From Octopus sinensis (Eukaryota): 64,000 nucleotides of DNA. The notes under the pieces were generated by a model. That model was not told the origin of the DNA. It worked only from the letters and a program-made list of their open reading frames with translations, and made no database searches. The translations under genes and the position numbers were made by a program. Shown one piece after another: positions 27,262 to 40,489 of the stretch. Position 1 is the first letter of the stretch, and each line of letters opens with the position of its first letter. The stretch lies in NCBI RefSeq assembly GCF_006345805.1, contig NC_043004.1, positions 81,902,001 to 81,966,000 of the forward strand, in the 5' to 3' direction.

Positions 27262-29944
27262 TTATTATTTTTTTTTTTCTTTTTCTTCTTTCAAATTTGC
27301 TTCCATTTCTTGCCGAGTGTCTTCCCGACTCCTAGGGCAAAGAAACTCATAGTATACACTTGTAGGCCATTAAACCAAACTCAATAGTTCGTTCATTTTT
27401 TTTTTTTTCAGTTAAATTAAAATACACGAGCAGCAACAGTTCTCACATCGACAATGCTCTTCTCAATACGTGTGATGTACCAGTTAAGACAATCTTTTGC
27501 ACTTCTTGCAGGGATGGTAAGCCAGGGATCATTCTCATATAATTTTCGGTTCCCTTCTTGATCATTCCTAGTGATCCTACGATCACTGGTATTGTAACCG
27601 CCTTGAGACGCCACATTTTCTCAATTTCAATGAGCAGGTCTTTATATTTTCTGAGCTTGTTAAACTCTTTCGCTGAGATATTATGATCACAGGGGATGCT
27701 CATGTCGATCAATAAGCAAACTTTATTGTTTTGGTCTTTCACAACAATATCTGGTTTATTGGCCTTGATGGTTCGGTCTGTATGTACTGGAAAGTCTCAC
27801 AGAATGGTTACATTTTCTCCTTCAGTTACAACCTCAGGGTGGTGATTATACCACTTGTCGGCAGTTTTGATATTGTAATGCCGACTTATTAGCCAGTGTA
27901 GATATTGGCCAGCTCTGTCATGTCTTAATTTATACTCCACTGGTGCTAAGACTTTACATCCAGAGATTAGGTGGTCCACTGTTTCAATCATGTTGCAGAA
28001 TCGGCATTTTGGGTCGGCTCCATTTTTCATCACATTGGCCTGGTAGTTCCGGGTTAATAGGCTTTGATCTTGAGCAGCCAGGATGAAACCTTCGCTCTCT
28101 GCTTTTAGCCCTGAGCTCCGTAGCCACTGATGGGTTTGCTTCTGGTCAACATCAGCTTGTTTGCTGCGGGTCACATATTTGCCGTGCAGAGGTTTCTCCT
28201 CCCACCTATCAGCCAACTGCTCGTGCGCTTTTTTCGTTGCCATCATTTTCACCTTCTTTGCAACAATAGTTGCCGTACTTCCCTCGGGTTGTCTAGTTTG
28301 GGTATCCTGCACGAGATCAATAGCAAAGTTTTTGCTTTCCTTTATGATAGAATGAAGCTTCTTTCGTCTCTCGTGATTTTCCACGAGCTTTAGCATCCAG
28401 TCATTCGATATTTCGAGATATTTGGCCAGTCCAATTGTGGTTGTTTTGTAAGCTAGTTCAAATTGGATCAGGCCTCGACCTCCTTGGGCTCTGGGAAGGT
28501 AAAGGCGATCTACGTCTGCCTTTGGGTGGTGCATCCTATTACACTCAGCAGCTTGCGTATTTTCCTATCTATATTCTTTACTTCACTCATATTCCAGTTC
28601 AACACATTGTAGCTATAAGTAACAACTGGAACTGCTAAGGAATTTATAGCTAACACCTTGTTACGTGCATTTAGTTCAGATTTCAGGACTGCACGAACTC
28701 TCCTATAACATTCCTTCCTGATCTTCTCTTTCATGCTTGCATGCTGAATACCAGAGCCTTCATTTATCCCTAAATATTTGTATGTTTGTTCTTGCTCAAG
28801 CTCTCTTATGACTGTGTCAACATCTAACACGACTGAATTTGTGGTCTTCACTTTCCCTTTCTGGAAAGTGGCCTTGGCACACTTCTCAAGTCCAAACTCC
28901 ATCCCGATGTCATCGCTGAATGCTTTCACGGTGCGCAATAGGCCTTCAAGTTCATTATTGTCTTTACCATAAAGTTTTAAGTCTGTTGTGACAGTTCTCA
29001 AGGATCATACGATTGATTAGCAGTTGATCTTTGCATCCGTAAGAGCCTCGGCGGCACCCTTTTTGTTCAATGGGGAAAATATCGTTCTTCTCCATGAATG
29101 CATATGTTTTCTCCGCCAGGATAGATGTTAGGATTTTATACGTGGTGGATAGACAGGTTATAGGCCGATAGTTTTTTGGAAGGTTGGTTTCGTTATTCTT
29201 TGGAGTAGGTAAGTAATGCCACTTGCTAACCATTCAGGTGTTTTCTTTGGGTCTCTCATAATTCCATTGAGCAGCTGAACTAGCTTACCGTGTGCGCATG
29301 GGAGCGATGCGAGCCAGAAATTCGGCACCCTATCTTTACCGGGGGATTTCCAATTATGGGCCTTGGTGAGTGCCTTTCTTAGGTCTGCTATTGTGATGTC
29401 TTCCCATGCTTGTTGTTGTAAATTTTGGTAGGATCCTTCAGTTTGTATAATCCAGTCTGCATTTATGTTGTACGTCTTCTTGTCACTCCAAATCCTTTTC
29501 CAAAAGTTTTGAACTTCTTTAACGGTTACTTTCTCCTTCCCTATTTCTCTGTAGAATTTTTTGGCATTAGATGTAAACAGCTTATTTTGCTTGTAAAACT
29601 TGTTTCTCTTCTCAAATCTTCGTATTCTTTGGGCTTTTGCTTGGACTTTTTGTTTCAGCGTTTCTTTTATTGATATCAGTTCTTCTCTTGGTGAGGGTCT
29701 AAATTTTCTCTTCATCTTTCTTCCTGTTCTGGATCTTACATCATTTCCACATATTAGTTCATTTAATATTGATATTTCCCCTCTCATAAATTCAATCTCT
29801 TTTTCAATTTTACTTCTCCAGGTTTGATTTCTTCCCAAGTTTGGTTTTCTTTGTTTTTTCGGGGGCATACAGCTGGTTTCAATTGCCCTAGCAGAAGCGT
29901 AAATAATTTCATTTAACTCAGTAAAATCAGGTTTTAATTCAGGT
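27262..29944 (-). mobile_element. R4/Dong-type RLE LINE, 5'-truncated, RT core deleted
   Basis: NYRPITCL, KGCRRGSYGCKDQLLI, DLKLY, YKYLGI, CRFC..ETVDHLISGC..HD and KPDIVV..IDMSIPCD..KY motifs. (ATT)n on both sides. Confidence 0.9.
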
Positions 29945-30641
29945 ATTATTATTATTATTATTATCATTTTTATTATTATTATTATTATTATTATAATTCT
30001 GCCGAGGTCGACTTTGCCTTTCATACTTTCGGGGTCGATAAAATAAGTACATGTTACGCACTGGGGTCGATGTAATCGACTTATTGCTCCCCAAAATTGC
30101 TGGCCTTGTGCCAAAATTTGAAACCAATACGTCGCTCGATTTCATTCGTCAATGAATTGATGACATAAGGTGTTTAGAGCTGAGAACTGAAACCAGATTG
30201 CCGTCGCACTGACGAGATGTTATTTCTCTACTCTTCGACTTACCCACACTCACATCCACATACATATTCACCAAGTTTCATTACCATTGTTCTTTAATTT
30301 CGAAGCAATGAGCCGTGAATGAGCTCTGCCAGACACATCGACTTTAATTTCCGTCGGAAAGAAATTCCACCGAATTTTCATTCTATTTCTCAACAGAAAA
30401 AGAAAAAAAAACTCACATACAATTCTAGATTATTATAATTCAAAATTATAGACTATTGAAAAAGTTCACCTTTTGTTCCAATGGAGTTGGTTGGGGAGGG
30501 GGAAAAGCGAAAATTATGAAAGCAAAGAAGAAAAAGAATGAAAAGTTAAATACATCGATCCTATTTTTTGATATATCGTTGCAATCTCTTGATCTAACCA
30601 ACTACTTAAATTTCTGGTCTTGGGCCTGTATTAGAATTTTA

Positions 30642-31038
30642 GGATCTTTTCGGTTTGAACGGCAGTTTTTTCTAGCGGTGTCATATGAAATTGTCACCCA
30701 TAATTATGACCCTAGTATCGATCTATTGCATTTCAATATATTTTAGGGTTAGGGTATCTTTTTTTCGTCACAAATGTAAATAAACCCAATCTGTTTCTTA
30801 AACGAGGGACATATTCATACGGCACAGAATGTTGTTTACGTCAATGGACGTCAGTGATTGTTTGAAATTGCAGAAATTGAAGAAAAACACAACAAATATC
30901 TTACAAACTATAGAACTTTCTCAATAAAGCCAAGAGAAAAAGATGTTTTATAAACACATTCTACCAGTATACGAAGTTTAAAATATTTTAGTTACCTAGA
31001 AATTATGTTAAAAACTGCCGTTCAAACCGAAAAGATCC
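30642..31038. mobile_element. Merlin-like MITE copy 2
   Basis: Same TIRs as the 16925 copy; TSD GAATTTTA on both sides. Confidence 0.85.
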
Positions 31039-31359
31039 GAATTTTACTATATGACATATTGCGTAACATACTAAATTCATTCAAGCTATTGTCTTCTAGC
31101 ATTGGCACACGATCAGACGTATCAGGGACGAGGCGAAGGACTTACTCAGTTGAATCGGTTCTGATACTTGGCGGGTGTGAGAAGGATTGTATTTGTATCA
31201 TCTGTTGGAAGGACGAAAAGGTAAAGCTGCCACGTCAGCAGGAGATGAATTAAGAAATAAACGGTCCGTATCTAATTTACCGCAAACCTATTTCGTCTCA
31301 TGTTCTTCCGAACCTATCGTTTGCTACTCAATAGTAGTAGTAGTAGTAGTAGTAGCAGC

Positions 31360-31399
<40 letters not shown>

Positions 31400-31408
<9 letters not shown>

Positions 31409-31965
31409 GCCATAATGCAGTACCGGGCAGTGGCTCTCATGGCTTCTGATCTTAACTGATTGGAAGTGTTATCATGTACATTGTTTTGTCTTGGTATAAA
31501 AGATGAGCTACAGCAAATATTCTGCTCAATACCAAGGATTTGCTCGTCAGTTGTTTGACCATAACCTGTTACCATGTCCCTTAGTGGCTGACGATACGTG
31601 CACCTCTGACCACAAGCAGAAGTAGTGGGGGGGGGGCATCATAAACATGTGATGAGGGAAATTCTTTGGGATTTGAATAACTCACCTTTGGGAAACATTG
31701 GTGTTTCGTTCAACATCCTTAAACAACCCTTATTCAGGGACCTTTTGAGCAGGATGAGCTACTCGACCTGAAGAAAATTCTAACTGGGCCCCACCTGCAA
31801 GGTCATGCACTGCTTATCTTGATATGAGATCACCATGTCGCGCACATATGGTTGTGATGAATGTGCCTGGTGTACCCTAATCAAACGGGTAGTCATGATG
31901 GGTATACTGGGCTTTGTATATTTTACCCAAGTGTCACTTTGATGGTATGCACTGCTCTCTCACTA
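31400..31965 (+). mobile_element. Non-coding repeat family E, near complete
   Basis: Begins aatgccataatgcagtaccgggcagtggctctc after (AAT)n and ends ctctctcact before (CTA)n/(AAT)n. Confidence 0.75.
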
Positions 31966-32029
31966 CTACTACTACTACTACTACTACTATTGATAATGAT
32001 GATGATAATAATTATAATTATAATTATAA

Positions 32030-33120
32030 TTATTGCGTGGACAGTTGACAAGTTACAATATCTAAATGAGAAAACGAGGAAGTTATTCACAATGAATGGA
32101 ACCTTTCATCCAGGGAAAGGTTTTGACAGATTAAACGTGTCAAGAAAGAAAGGAGGGTGAGAACCCATTAGTTGTGAAAGACGTGCGAGAGCAGAAGAGA
32201 AGAGCGTAGCTTGATGCATAAAGAATGTTACTGAACCATTGCTGTTGGAAGTGAAAATTGGAGATTGGAAAGAAAAGTCTGAATAGAAGAAAATTGAAAC
32301 TGAAAAAAAAGATGGAAAGAAAAGAGGATGTACGGGCAGGTTTATAAGGATACAGAAGTCGAAACTGATTTCATGAAGAGGTGGTTATGGATGCGGAAGA
32401 GTAGTCTTAAACCAGAAACGGAAGCTTTAATTTGTGCAGCACAGGAACAAGGATAAATTATGTAGAGCACAAAATTGATAACCCAGGTTCAACAGAGAAA
32501 TGTGGGATGTACGGAGAAAAGAGGGAAACTGCGTGGCATATCAACAGCCCGTGCACAAAGCTGACACAGAAATAATACAATGGGCGCCATGATAATGTAG
32601 CGAAAAATCATTCTTTGGGAATGATGTGGAAAGTACTGTCTTGAAAGAATAAACCAATGGTATGAGCATAAACCCGGTGGTGTATAAAATGACCAGGCCA
32701 TAATTTGATGGGAGTTTATGCTATGAGGATTAACAAAGTCAACAAACAGTGTTTGATTCTAGACATTGCTGTCTAGAATCGATAACGTTTGTGACAATAA
32801 GGTTTGTGACAAAGGATTCAAGTAGATTAAGAGATATGAACTGCTATCATGGGAGGTGAAGCATCTGGGGAATAATGAAAAAGGTTGAGGTGATCTTTAT
32901 TGTTGTCGGGTCTTTTTGCACTGTGAGCACCAGAATTGAATAATCGGGTACAACAGGGCAGAATGCCTACAGAAAACAACACTCCCTAAGAGTACTTTGG
33001 AAAGTGCTTAACAATGGAAGGTGCCTCTTTAGACCGCCTGTTGTGAACAGCAGGCTCTTGTCTTACAACCATCAGCAATTAAGACTGAGGGTAAAGCGGA
33101 GAAACAACAACAACAACAAT
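32030..33120 (+). mobile_element. Decayed R4/Dong-type LINE 3' portion
   Basis: KTRKLFTMNGTFHP..DRL..SRKKGG, SLKPETEALICAAQEQ and RHDNVAK motifs. (AAC)n tail; many stops. Confidence 0.75.
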
Positions 33121-33139
33121 ATTGGTTTTCAAATTTTGG

Positions 33140-33708
33140 TTGAAGACCAGAAATTTCGGGGAACGGGCTAGGTCGATTCTATCAACCCCAGTGATCAATT
33201 TGAACCTATTTTATCGGCACCGAAGGAATGAAAGGTAAAGTCAACCCCGGCTTAATTTGAGCTCAGATTGTAAAGACGGGTGAAATACCTATTTCTTTAT
33301 TACCCACAAGGGGCTAAACACAGAGAGGACAAACAAGGAAAGACAAACGGATTAAGTCGATTATATCGACCCCAGTGCGTAACTTGTACTTAATTTATCG
33401 ACCTCGAAAGGATGAAAGGCAGAGTCGATCTCGGCGAAATTTGAACTCAGAACGTAACGGCAGACGAAATACCTATTTCTTTACTACCCACAAGGGGCTA
33501 AACATAGAGTCGACAAACAAGGACAGGCAAACGAATTAAGTCGATTATATCGACCCAAGTGCGTAACTGGTACTTATTTAATCGACCCCGAAAGGATGAA
33601 AGGCAAAGTCGACCTCGGCAGAATTTGAACTCACAAAATAACGGCAGACGAAATACAGCTATGCATTTCGCCCAGCGCGCTGACGTTTCTGCCAGCTCGC
33701 CGCCTTCA
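33140..33708 (-). mobile_element. SINE family B with three tandem body units of about 185 bp
   Basis: One head at about 33700, then repeated units joined at gaaatacc. Confidence 0.85.
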
Positions 33709-34146
33709 AAGAACGCTTAGTTACGTAATCAAGCACTAACGCACGGGTTCAGTTACGTAATAGAATACTAAGACGCACACATAGAAACGCCTGCGCCACA
33801 CATGATGTTGATGATTTTCTATTACAAACGTGAAATTGGATGCGCAAAGTTTAAATTTCAATTGCTTAAAATTTCATATTGATTCTTAATCTCGTATTCT
33901 TAATCAATTTAGCTGCTTGAAATATAATTTTTTTTCATTTTTCTTCTTCTTTTGAATCGCAGGATGTCATGGAGCATATGAAATAAATGATGCATTGCTG
34001 GAATGGGGGGAAAAAAAAGCAAGGAAGAAATGGAATTACATTTTAGAATCAAGTGCATGGAATTTCGGGCATCGCTTCATTATGTCTTTAGATGTGGCAG
34101 CAGGATTTCCAATTTTTCTGAAGGCCATCGCTGAGACTTAGCTTCG

Positions 34147-34216
<70 letters not shown>

Positions 34217-34361
34217 TAGGTGCAGATAACGCTGTGTATAGTGGCGGGCATGGCTGCGTGGTTAAGAAACTCGTTTCGCAATCGCGTGGTTTCGGGTTCG
34301 GTACCATTGCAGAGCACCTTGGCCAAGAGTCTTCCATATATATAAATTTTATATATATATA

Positions 34362-34404
<43 letters not shown>

Positions 34405-34534
34405 CATGTAAATCTTATACGCACACACACACACATGCACACACACACACACACACACCACACACACATATATATATATATATATACATACATACATATA
34501 TATTTATATATATAAGTGTATGTGTGTGTCTAGC

Positions 34535-34917
34535 GGAGGCGCAATGGCCCAGTGGTTACGGCAGCGGACTCGCGGTCATAGGATCGCGGTTTCGATTCCC
34601 AGACCGGGCGTTGTGAGTGTTTATTGAGCGAAAACACCTAAAGCTCCACGACACTCCGGCAAGGGATGGTGGTGATCCCTGCTGTACACTTTCACCACAA
34701 CTTTCTCTCACTCTTTCTTCCTGTCTCTGTTGTACCTGTATTTCAAAGGGCCGGCCTTGTCACACTCTGTGTCACGCTGAATATCCCCGAGAACTACGTT
34801 AAGGGTACACGTGTTTGTGGAGTGCTCAGCCACTTACACGTTAATTTCACGAGCAGGCTGTTCCGTTGATTCGGATCAACCGGAACCCTCGTCGTCGTAA
34901 CCGACGGAGTGCTTCCA
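34535..34917 (+). mobile_element. SINE family C, long-tail variant
   Basis: Head as at 13986; tail ..gtcgtcgtaaccgacggagtgcttcca. Confidence 0.85.
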
Positions 34918-35400
34918 AAAATGTGTGGGTCTGTATATGTATATAAAATTTATTTGTATTTATATCTTAACAACAGACTATGATATAAATAAATTAACTA
35001 TACATCCTCAACTCTCAATAATTGTCTGACATTATTAATTTTATCTATTATATATATGTATATATATATATACGTGTGTGTGTGTGTGTGTGCGTTTGTA
35101 TGTATATATATATGTGTGTGTGTGTGCGTGCGTGTGTGTGTATGTATGTAAGTATATATATATATATATCTTTACTCTTTTACTCTTTTACTTGTTTCAG
35201 TCATTTGACTGCAGCCATGCTGGAGCACCGCCTTTTTAATCGAGCAACTCGACCCCGGGACTTATTCTTTTGTAAGCCCAGTACTTATTCTATCGGTCTC
35301 TTTTGCCGAACCGCTAAGTAATATATATATGTATTTATGTATGTATGTATATATATATATATATATATATATCAAAACAAGCAACAAGAATGACTCCGGT

Positions 35401-35491
35401 AATTTGGTACAATCGTTTCGTACAACATCATTTTATTAAATGTTGCAAGTATTACAACAGATTTAAGATGCTGAGTACTCATCAGCCAATT
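35401..35491 (-). ncRNA. Type-I hammerhead with extended helix II (family 3, left arm)
   Basis: TTGG-CTGATGA-GTAC[insert]GTAC-GAAA-C gatt G-TA-CCAA; core intact. Confidence 0.75.
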
Positions 35492-35691
35492 ATAGAGGTT
35501 TTCCATTAATACAAAAATTTTCAAATCAAGTGGCAACATTAAAGAGAAGGTAGATATACAGACAAAGAAGTGGATTTAAACTTTAAGAACGTATGAGGTA
35601 GTGAAGTCCTTCCACTGACTGACTAAGATATGGCTGTTCCTAACTAATGTAAGGTTAGAACAGTTTTGTATTAATGGGAAACCTCTATAAT

Positions 35692-35775
35692 TGGCTGATG
35701 AGTACTCAGCATCTTAAATCTGTTGTAATACTTACAACATTTAATAAAATGATATAGTACGAAACAATTGTACCA
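35692..35775 (+). ncRNA. Type-I hammerhead with extended helix II (family 3, right arm)
   Basis: TGG-CTGATGA-GTAC[51 nt including hairpin tgttgtaa/ttacaaca]GTAC-GAAA-C AATT G-TA-CCA. Helix III ACAATTGT is palindromic. Confidence 0.75.
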
Positions 35776-35980
35776 TTCTTATTGCTTATTTTGATTATAA
35801 TCACCCAACAAATTTTTATGGATAACACCATACAAAATTCTGGTGCATCTAAATTAAGTACCATATGTACCATATTCATTTGAATCAAAATTTTTGCCGA
35901 ACTTTAGTATGTGACCTCGTCTGTATCACTAGCGATTTTTTTCCCCTGTCTTCCCTTCTCGGGATCTTTCCTTCTCCTAT

Positions 35981-36015
35981 GTTTCCGACGAAGAGCTCCG
36001 CTCGAAACGTCAAAC
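35981..36015 (+). ncRNA. Minimal hammerhead (family 1, U4C)
   Basis: GTTT-CCGACGA-a-GAGC tcc GCTC-GAAA-C-G-TC-AAAC. Confidence 0.7.
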
Positions 36016-36480
36016 CCTCCTTCTTCCCTTCTTTCCTGAGCGTCCAATAATACTTTATTTGTTCCACGTCCTTGCGTTGTTGTTTTTTTGTTTTTTTGTT
36101 TTTGTTTTCTTGTTTGGATTAACTTTATATATATATGTATATATATATATAATTATTTCGCTTAAGTAACATTCGTAGCCACTTTAATATGGGTGTCTGT
36201 TCGAGCGGACTCTACTGCGATTTTTTAACCCCAAGAGGACATCTCCTCTAGCTGGTTAACGATGCACAGCATCATCCGATAAAATTGCGAGCAGGAGAGC
36301 TAACCCCTACTAACTTCTAGCGACGGAACCAGTAGACCAGTCCTTAGGCATAGTGATACTAATAATCTGGTGTTTGAATTCAATGTATACAGGTTTCAGA
36401 ACAAATCCCCGGCCAAGTACAGAACAGTAATAAGAAATTAGAATGACAAAGGAATAAGAAATTATGACATGAGTTTCAGT

Positions 36481-36541
36481 ACCGTACAGTTGTTTCTGCT
36501 ATAAGGGCAATGCAGTCACAGTTGAGTGCTTCATCAGAGTT
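36481..36541 (-). ncRNA. Decayed hammerhead motif related to the 6.3 kb family
   Basis: CTGATGA-agc..gactgcatt..atagca-GAAA-C aact G-TA; helix I does not pair. Confidence 0.45.
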
Positions 36542-36622
36542 TGAAAAATGAAGTGTAATTTCATTCGGAAAGAACCATTTACATTTATATACACACACTA
36601 TATATATATATATATAATATAT

Positions 36623-36691
<69 letters not shown>

Positions 36692-36787
36692 TAATCCAAA
36701 CAAGAAAACACAAAAAAACGCAACAACGCAAGGACGTGGAACAAATATAGTATTATTAGACGCTCAGGAAAGAAGGAAAGAAGGAGG

Positions 36788-36822
36788 GTTTAACGTTTCG
36801 AGCGGAGCTCTTCGTCAGAAAC
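36788..36822 (-). ncRNA. Minimal hammerhead (family 1), tandem copy 1
   Basis: Minus strand GTTT-CTGACGA-a-GAGC tcc GCTC-GAAA-C-G-TT-AAAC; canonical core. Confidence 0.8.
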
Positions 36823-37006
36823 ATAGGAGAAGGAAAGATCCAGAGAAGGGAAGACAGAGGAAGAAAAATCGCCAGCGGTATACACGGGGTCACAATTTGA
36901 AAGACCGGAAGGAGAAAGGGTGAAGAAAGATGTTTTCAAAGACAGAAGAGTAGTATAGTCAAAGACAGCGGAATGTTAGGAGGGGGAATGTGTGTATATA
37001 TATATG

Positions 37007-37060
<54 letters not shown>

Positions 37061-37104
37061 GGCCTCAGCCGGATGGCTGAAACAAGTAAAAGAATAGTAA
37101 AAGA

Positions 37105-37137
<33 letters not shown>

Positions 37138-37216
37138 TATATATATATATTATATATATATATAATATATATATTAATATATATATATATATATATATAT
37201 CTATATATATATATAT

Positions 37217-37253
<37 letters not shown>

Positions 37254-37348
37254 TAATCCAAACAAGAAAACACAAAAAAACGCAACAACGCAAGGACGTG
37301 GAACAAATATAGTATTATAGACGCTCAGGAAAGAAGGAAAGAAGGAGG

Positions 37349-37383
37349 GTTTAACGTTTCGAGCGGAGCTCTTCGTCAGAAAC
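37349..37383 (-). ncRNA. Minimal hammerhead (family 1), tandem copy 2
   Basis: Identical to 36788-36822, 561 bp away. Confidence 0.8.
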
Positions 37384-37574
37384 ATAGGAGAAGGAAAGAT
37401 CCAGAGAAGGGAAGACAGAGGAAGAAAAATCGCCAGCGGTATACACGGGGTCACAATTTGAAAGACCGAAGGAGAAAGGGTGAAGAAAGATGTTTTCAAA
37501 GACAGAAGAGTAGTATAGTCAAAGACAGCGGAATGTTAGGAGGGGGAATGTGTGTATATATATATATATGTAAA

Positions 37575-37625
<51 letters not shown>

Positions 37626-37667
37626 GGCCTCAGCCGGATGGCTGAAACAAGTAAAAGAATAGTAAAA

Positions 37668-37790
<123 letters not shown>

Positions 37791-37815
37791 TGTATGTAAT
37801 ACACATCTACTTTGT

Positions 37816-38119
37816 GGAGGCGCAATGGCCCAGTGGTTAGGACAGCGGACTTATGGTTGGAGGAGCGCAGTTTCGATTCCCAGACCGGGCGTTGTGTGTG
37901 TTTAATGAGTTGAAGCACCTAAATCTCCACGAGGCTCCGGCAGAGGGTGGTGCTCTTTTGCCCCAACTTTCTCTCACCCTCTCTTCCTGTTTCTTGAGTA
38001 AAACTGCGATGGACTGGCGTCCAGCTGGGGGTGGGGGGGGACACATACACCTCAGAAACCGGGAAACCGAGCCCATGAGCCTGGCTAGGCTTGAAAAGGG
38101 CGCATAAATAAAAAAGAAG
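37816..38119 (+). mobile_element. SINE, family C head with a third tail type
   Basis: Tail ctgcgatggactggcgtcc..gagcctggctaggcttgaaaagggcgcat is shared with the 57.6 kb SINE. Confidence 0.8.
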
Positions 38120-38238
38120 GCACACATTTTATTAACCAATGTATCGTTATTCAGACATAATTTAAAAAAGATTTATCTTACACCACATGAAATTTCGCTG
38201 ACATGATCATAACTTCAGTTAATAACACCACCGACGAA

Positions 38239-38272
<34 letters not shown>

Positions 38273-38757
38273 CGCGCGTGTGCGCACAAAAAGACGGTTT
38301 GAAAGGAAATTATATAGAATAAATATAGACGTGTTTATTCGTTGATTGATTTATTTTTTCCCAAAATTGTTTACTTCATCGGAAGTCTGACTTTCCTGTT
38401 TTGTCGAACATTCGTCAGACGCACACATTATGGATACGCCACAGACATTTCATGTTTATTTTTTGTAAAAAAAATTCCACTTTATAAATTTAGAAAATTT
38501 ATAATCTGCTAAATAGAAATATGGCGACCTTTCATTCTACGACAATAAACATGAAAGAGTTAAAAATTAAATAAATACAGAATAGAGCACAATTTATAAA
38601 CACGGACGTCATTAATTTTATCAAACAAGGAAACAAAATTGCGTAAAACATGGCGCATAGATCTAATGAGTTTTACGTATAAAATATAAATTCAACAAAG
38701 ACACCACTCCCCGAATTAATTCAGCAATGAATCCTGAGTTACGTTTGTAAATCGAAG

Positions 38758-38788
<31 letters not shown>

Positions 38789-38934
38789 GCGTGTATGTGA
38801 TTTATGGCGTCTACTAAATGTGATGTTAATGAAATTAAATCAAAAATGTATTTTGAAAATATTAATAAAATACAAATTGAAATTAGTTAAACGAATTAAA
38901 AGAAAACGAAATTAGTATTAATTGTGGAAGTAAG

Positions 38935-39320
38935 GCGGTAAGGTGGCAGAAACGTTCTGAGTTCAAATTCCGCCGAGGTCGTCTTTGTTTTTCATCCTTT
39001 CGGAGTCGATAAATTAAGTACCAGTTACGCACTGGGGGTCGATGTAATCGACTTAATCCCTTTGTCTGTCCTTGTTTGTCCCCTCTGTGTTTAGCCCCTT
39101 GTGGGCAGTAAAAAAATAAGAAACGTTAGCACGCAAGGCGAAATGCTTAGCAGTATTTCGTCTGCCGTTACATTCTGAGTTCAAATTCCACCGAGGTCGA
39201 CTTTGCCTTTCATCCTCTCGGGGTCGATAAATTAAGTACCAGTTACGCACTGGGATAGATGTAGTCGACTTAATCCGTTAGTCTGTCCTTGTTTGTCCCC
39301 TCTGTGTTTAGCCCCTTTTT
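38935..39320 (+). mobile_element. SINE family B, two units
   Basis: Family B sequence repeated. Confidence 0.85.
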
Positions 39321-40209
39321 ACTTCTTATTACAATCTTTAATTTTTGATAAAAAGTTTCAAAATGTTTGTTTAAATAAACCTATTTCAAGAAAGTATCAA
39401 GCGGGCCGCAAGATAAAGGTCTGCGGGACGTATGCGGCCGGTGGGGTTCAGGGTGGCCAGCTCTAGTTTAGACAAGAACGTATTTATCCGTTCTTCATAT
39501 CCTGGCAGCTCCGAAAGTGAATCTCTGATGACTGTTGCTTGTTCGTCAAAGGAGAACACCTGATGAATCACGTGTGTAAGTGAACGCACATCGTCTAAAG
39601 GGAAGAGGTGCTCTCCGTAGTCGAAAAACAACGGTGATCAGCATATTTACATTGAATAGATACACTGTTCTTTGGATTCTCATTGTTCTGCTTATGCCTC
39701 ATGAATTATTTTTATGAGGTTAGTCCGTAGCATGAAAGATTAACCGAAATATCATATAGGTATAAATTAATTTATTTAGACGCATATTATATATTTGTCA
39801 CATAATTTCATAATATACAGTAATATTCTTTTATTAGAAAATTACTATTTTTAAATCTCACAATGTGAGATATTCAGCAACAGTACTTTGGAGTAGAGAT
39901 TTTTGCCAATATAACATGTTGGGACAGTGTAGGAGGTTGGTTGGAATGGGGGGAAGGTAGAGCAATGTGGAATTGAAAAGATTTTACGCTTTGGTTTTTT
40001 GCTGAATTTTTTCTTGAGAACATATTCTCTGTGGGAAATGGTGATTTTGACGTTTATATCTAGCATACAGGCTGTCCACTTTTAGTAGTCAATCCTCTAA
40101 ATTTTGTATATAAAAAAAATTTTAATCTTCGGATTTTTAAAATATGCTAGGCCACTGGTTTTAATTGATTAATATCAATTTCTACCCTTATTTAATTATA
40201 TATATATAA

Positions 40210-40372
40210 GTCTGTTGGAGAGCGTAGGCTCGAAACGTTAAAGACTTGTTTTATTTATATTTCCTGAGCGCCATACTAATACAATTGTTTGTTTGTATTC
40301 CACCTGCCTTCGTCTTTTGTTTATTTCCGTAAACCTGCCTTCGTCTTTTGTCTATTTTCATAAAGCTTCCCG

Positions 40373-40375
<3 letters not shown>
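40210..40375 (+). mobile_element. HHR-repeat family 2 copy between (TA)n tracts
   Basis: CTGTTGG-a-GAGC gtag GCTC-GAAA-C-G-TT-AAAG at 40212-40243. Confidence 0.7.
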
Positions 40376-40445
<70 letters not shown>

Positions 40446-40489
40446 CATATTATATTATATTATATTATATTATTTAATATATATATATC

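Noticed and set aside
30175-30225. GAAAC..GTC..CTGACGA as a type II hammerhead
   Set aside because: Only 3 nt between GTC and the core, so no helix I; helix II does not pair.
38375-38425. Minus-strand CTGACGA..GAAAGTC motif
   Set aside because: The downstream segment pairs with the core itself (gtctgac/gtcagac), so helix I cannot form.
39386-39631. Protein-like minus ORF (FFDYGEHLFPLDD..)
   Set aside because: No recognisable domain, no convincing splice sites, and its end runs into a repeat remnant.
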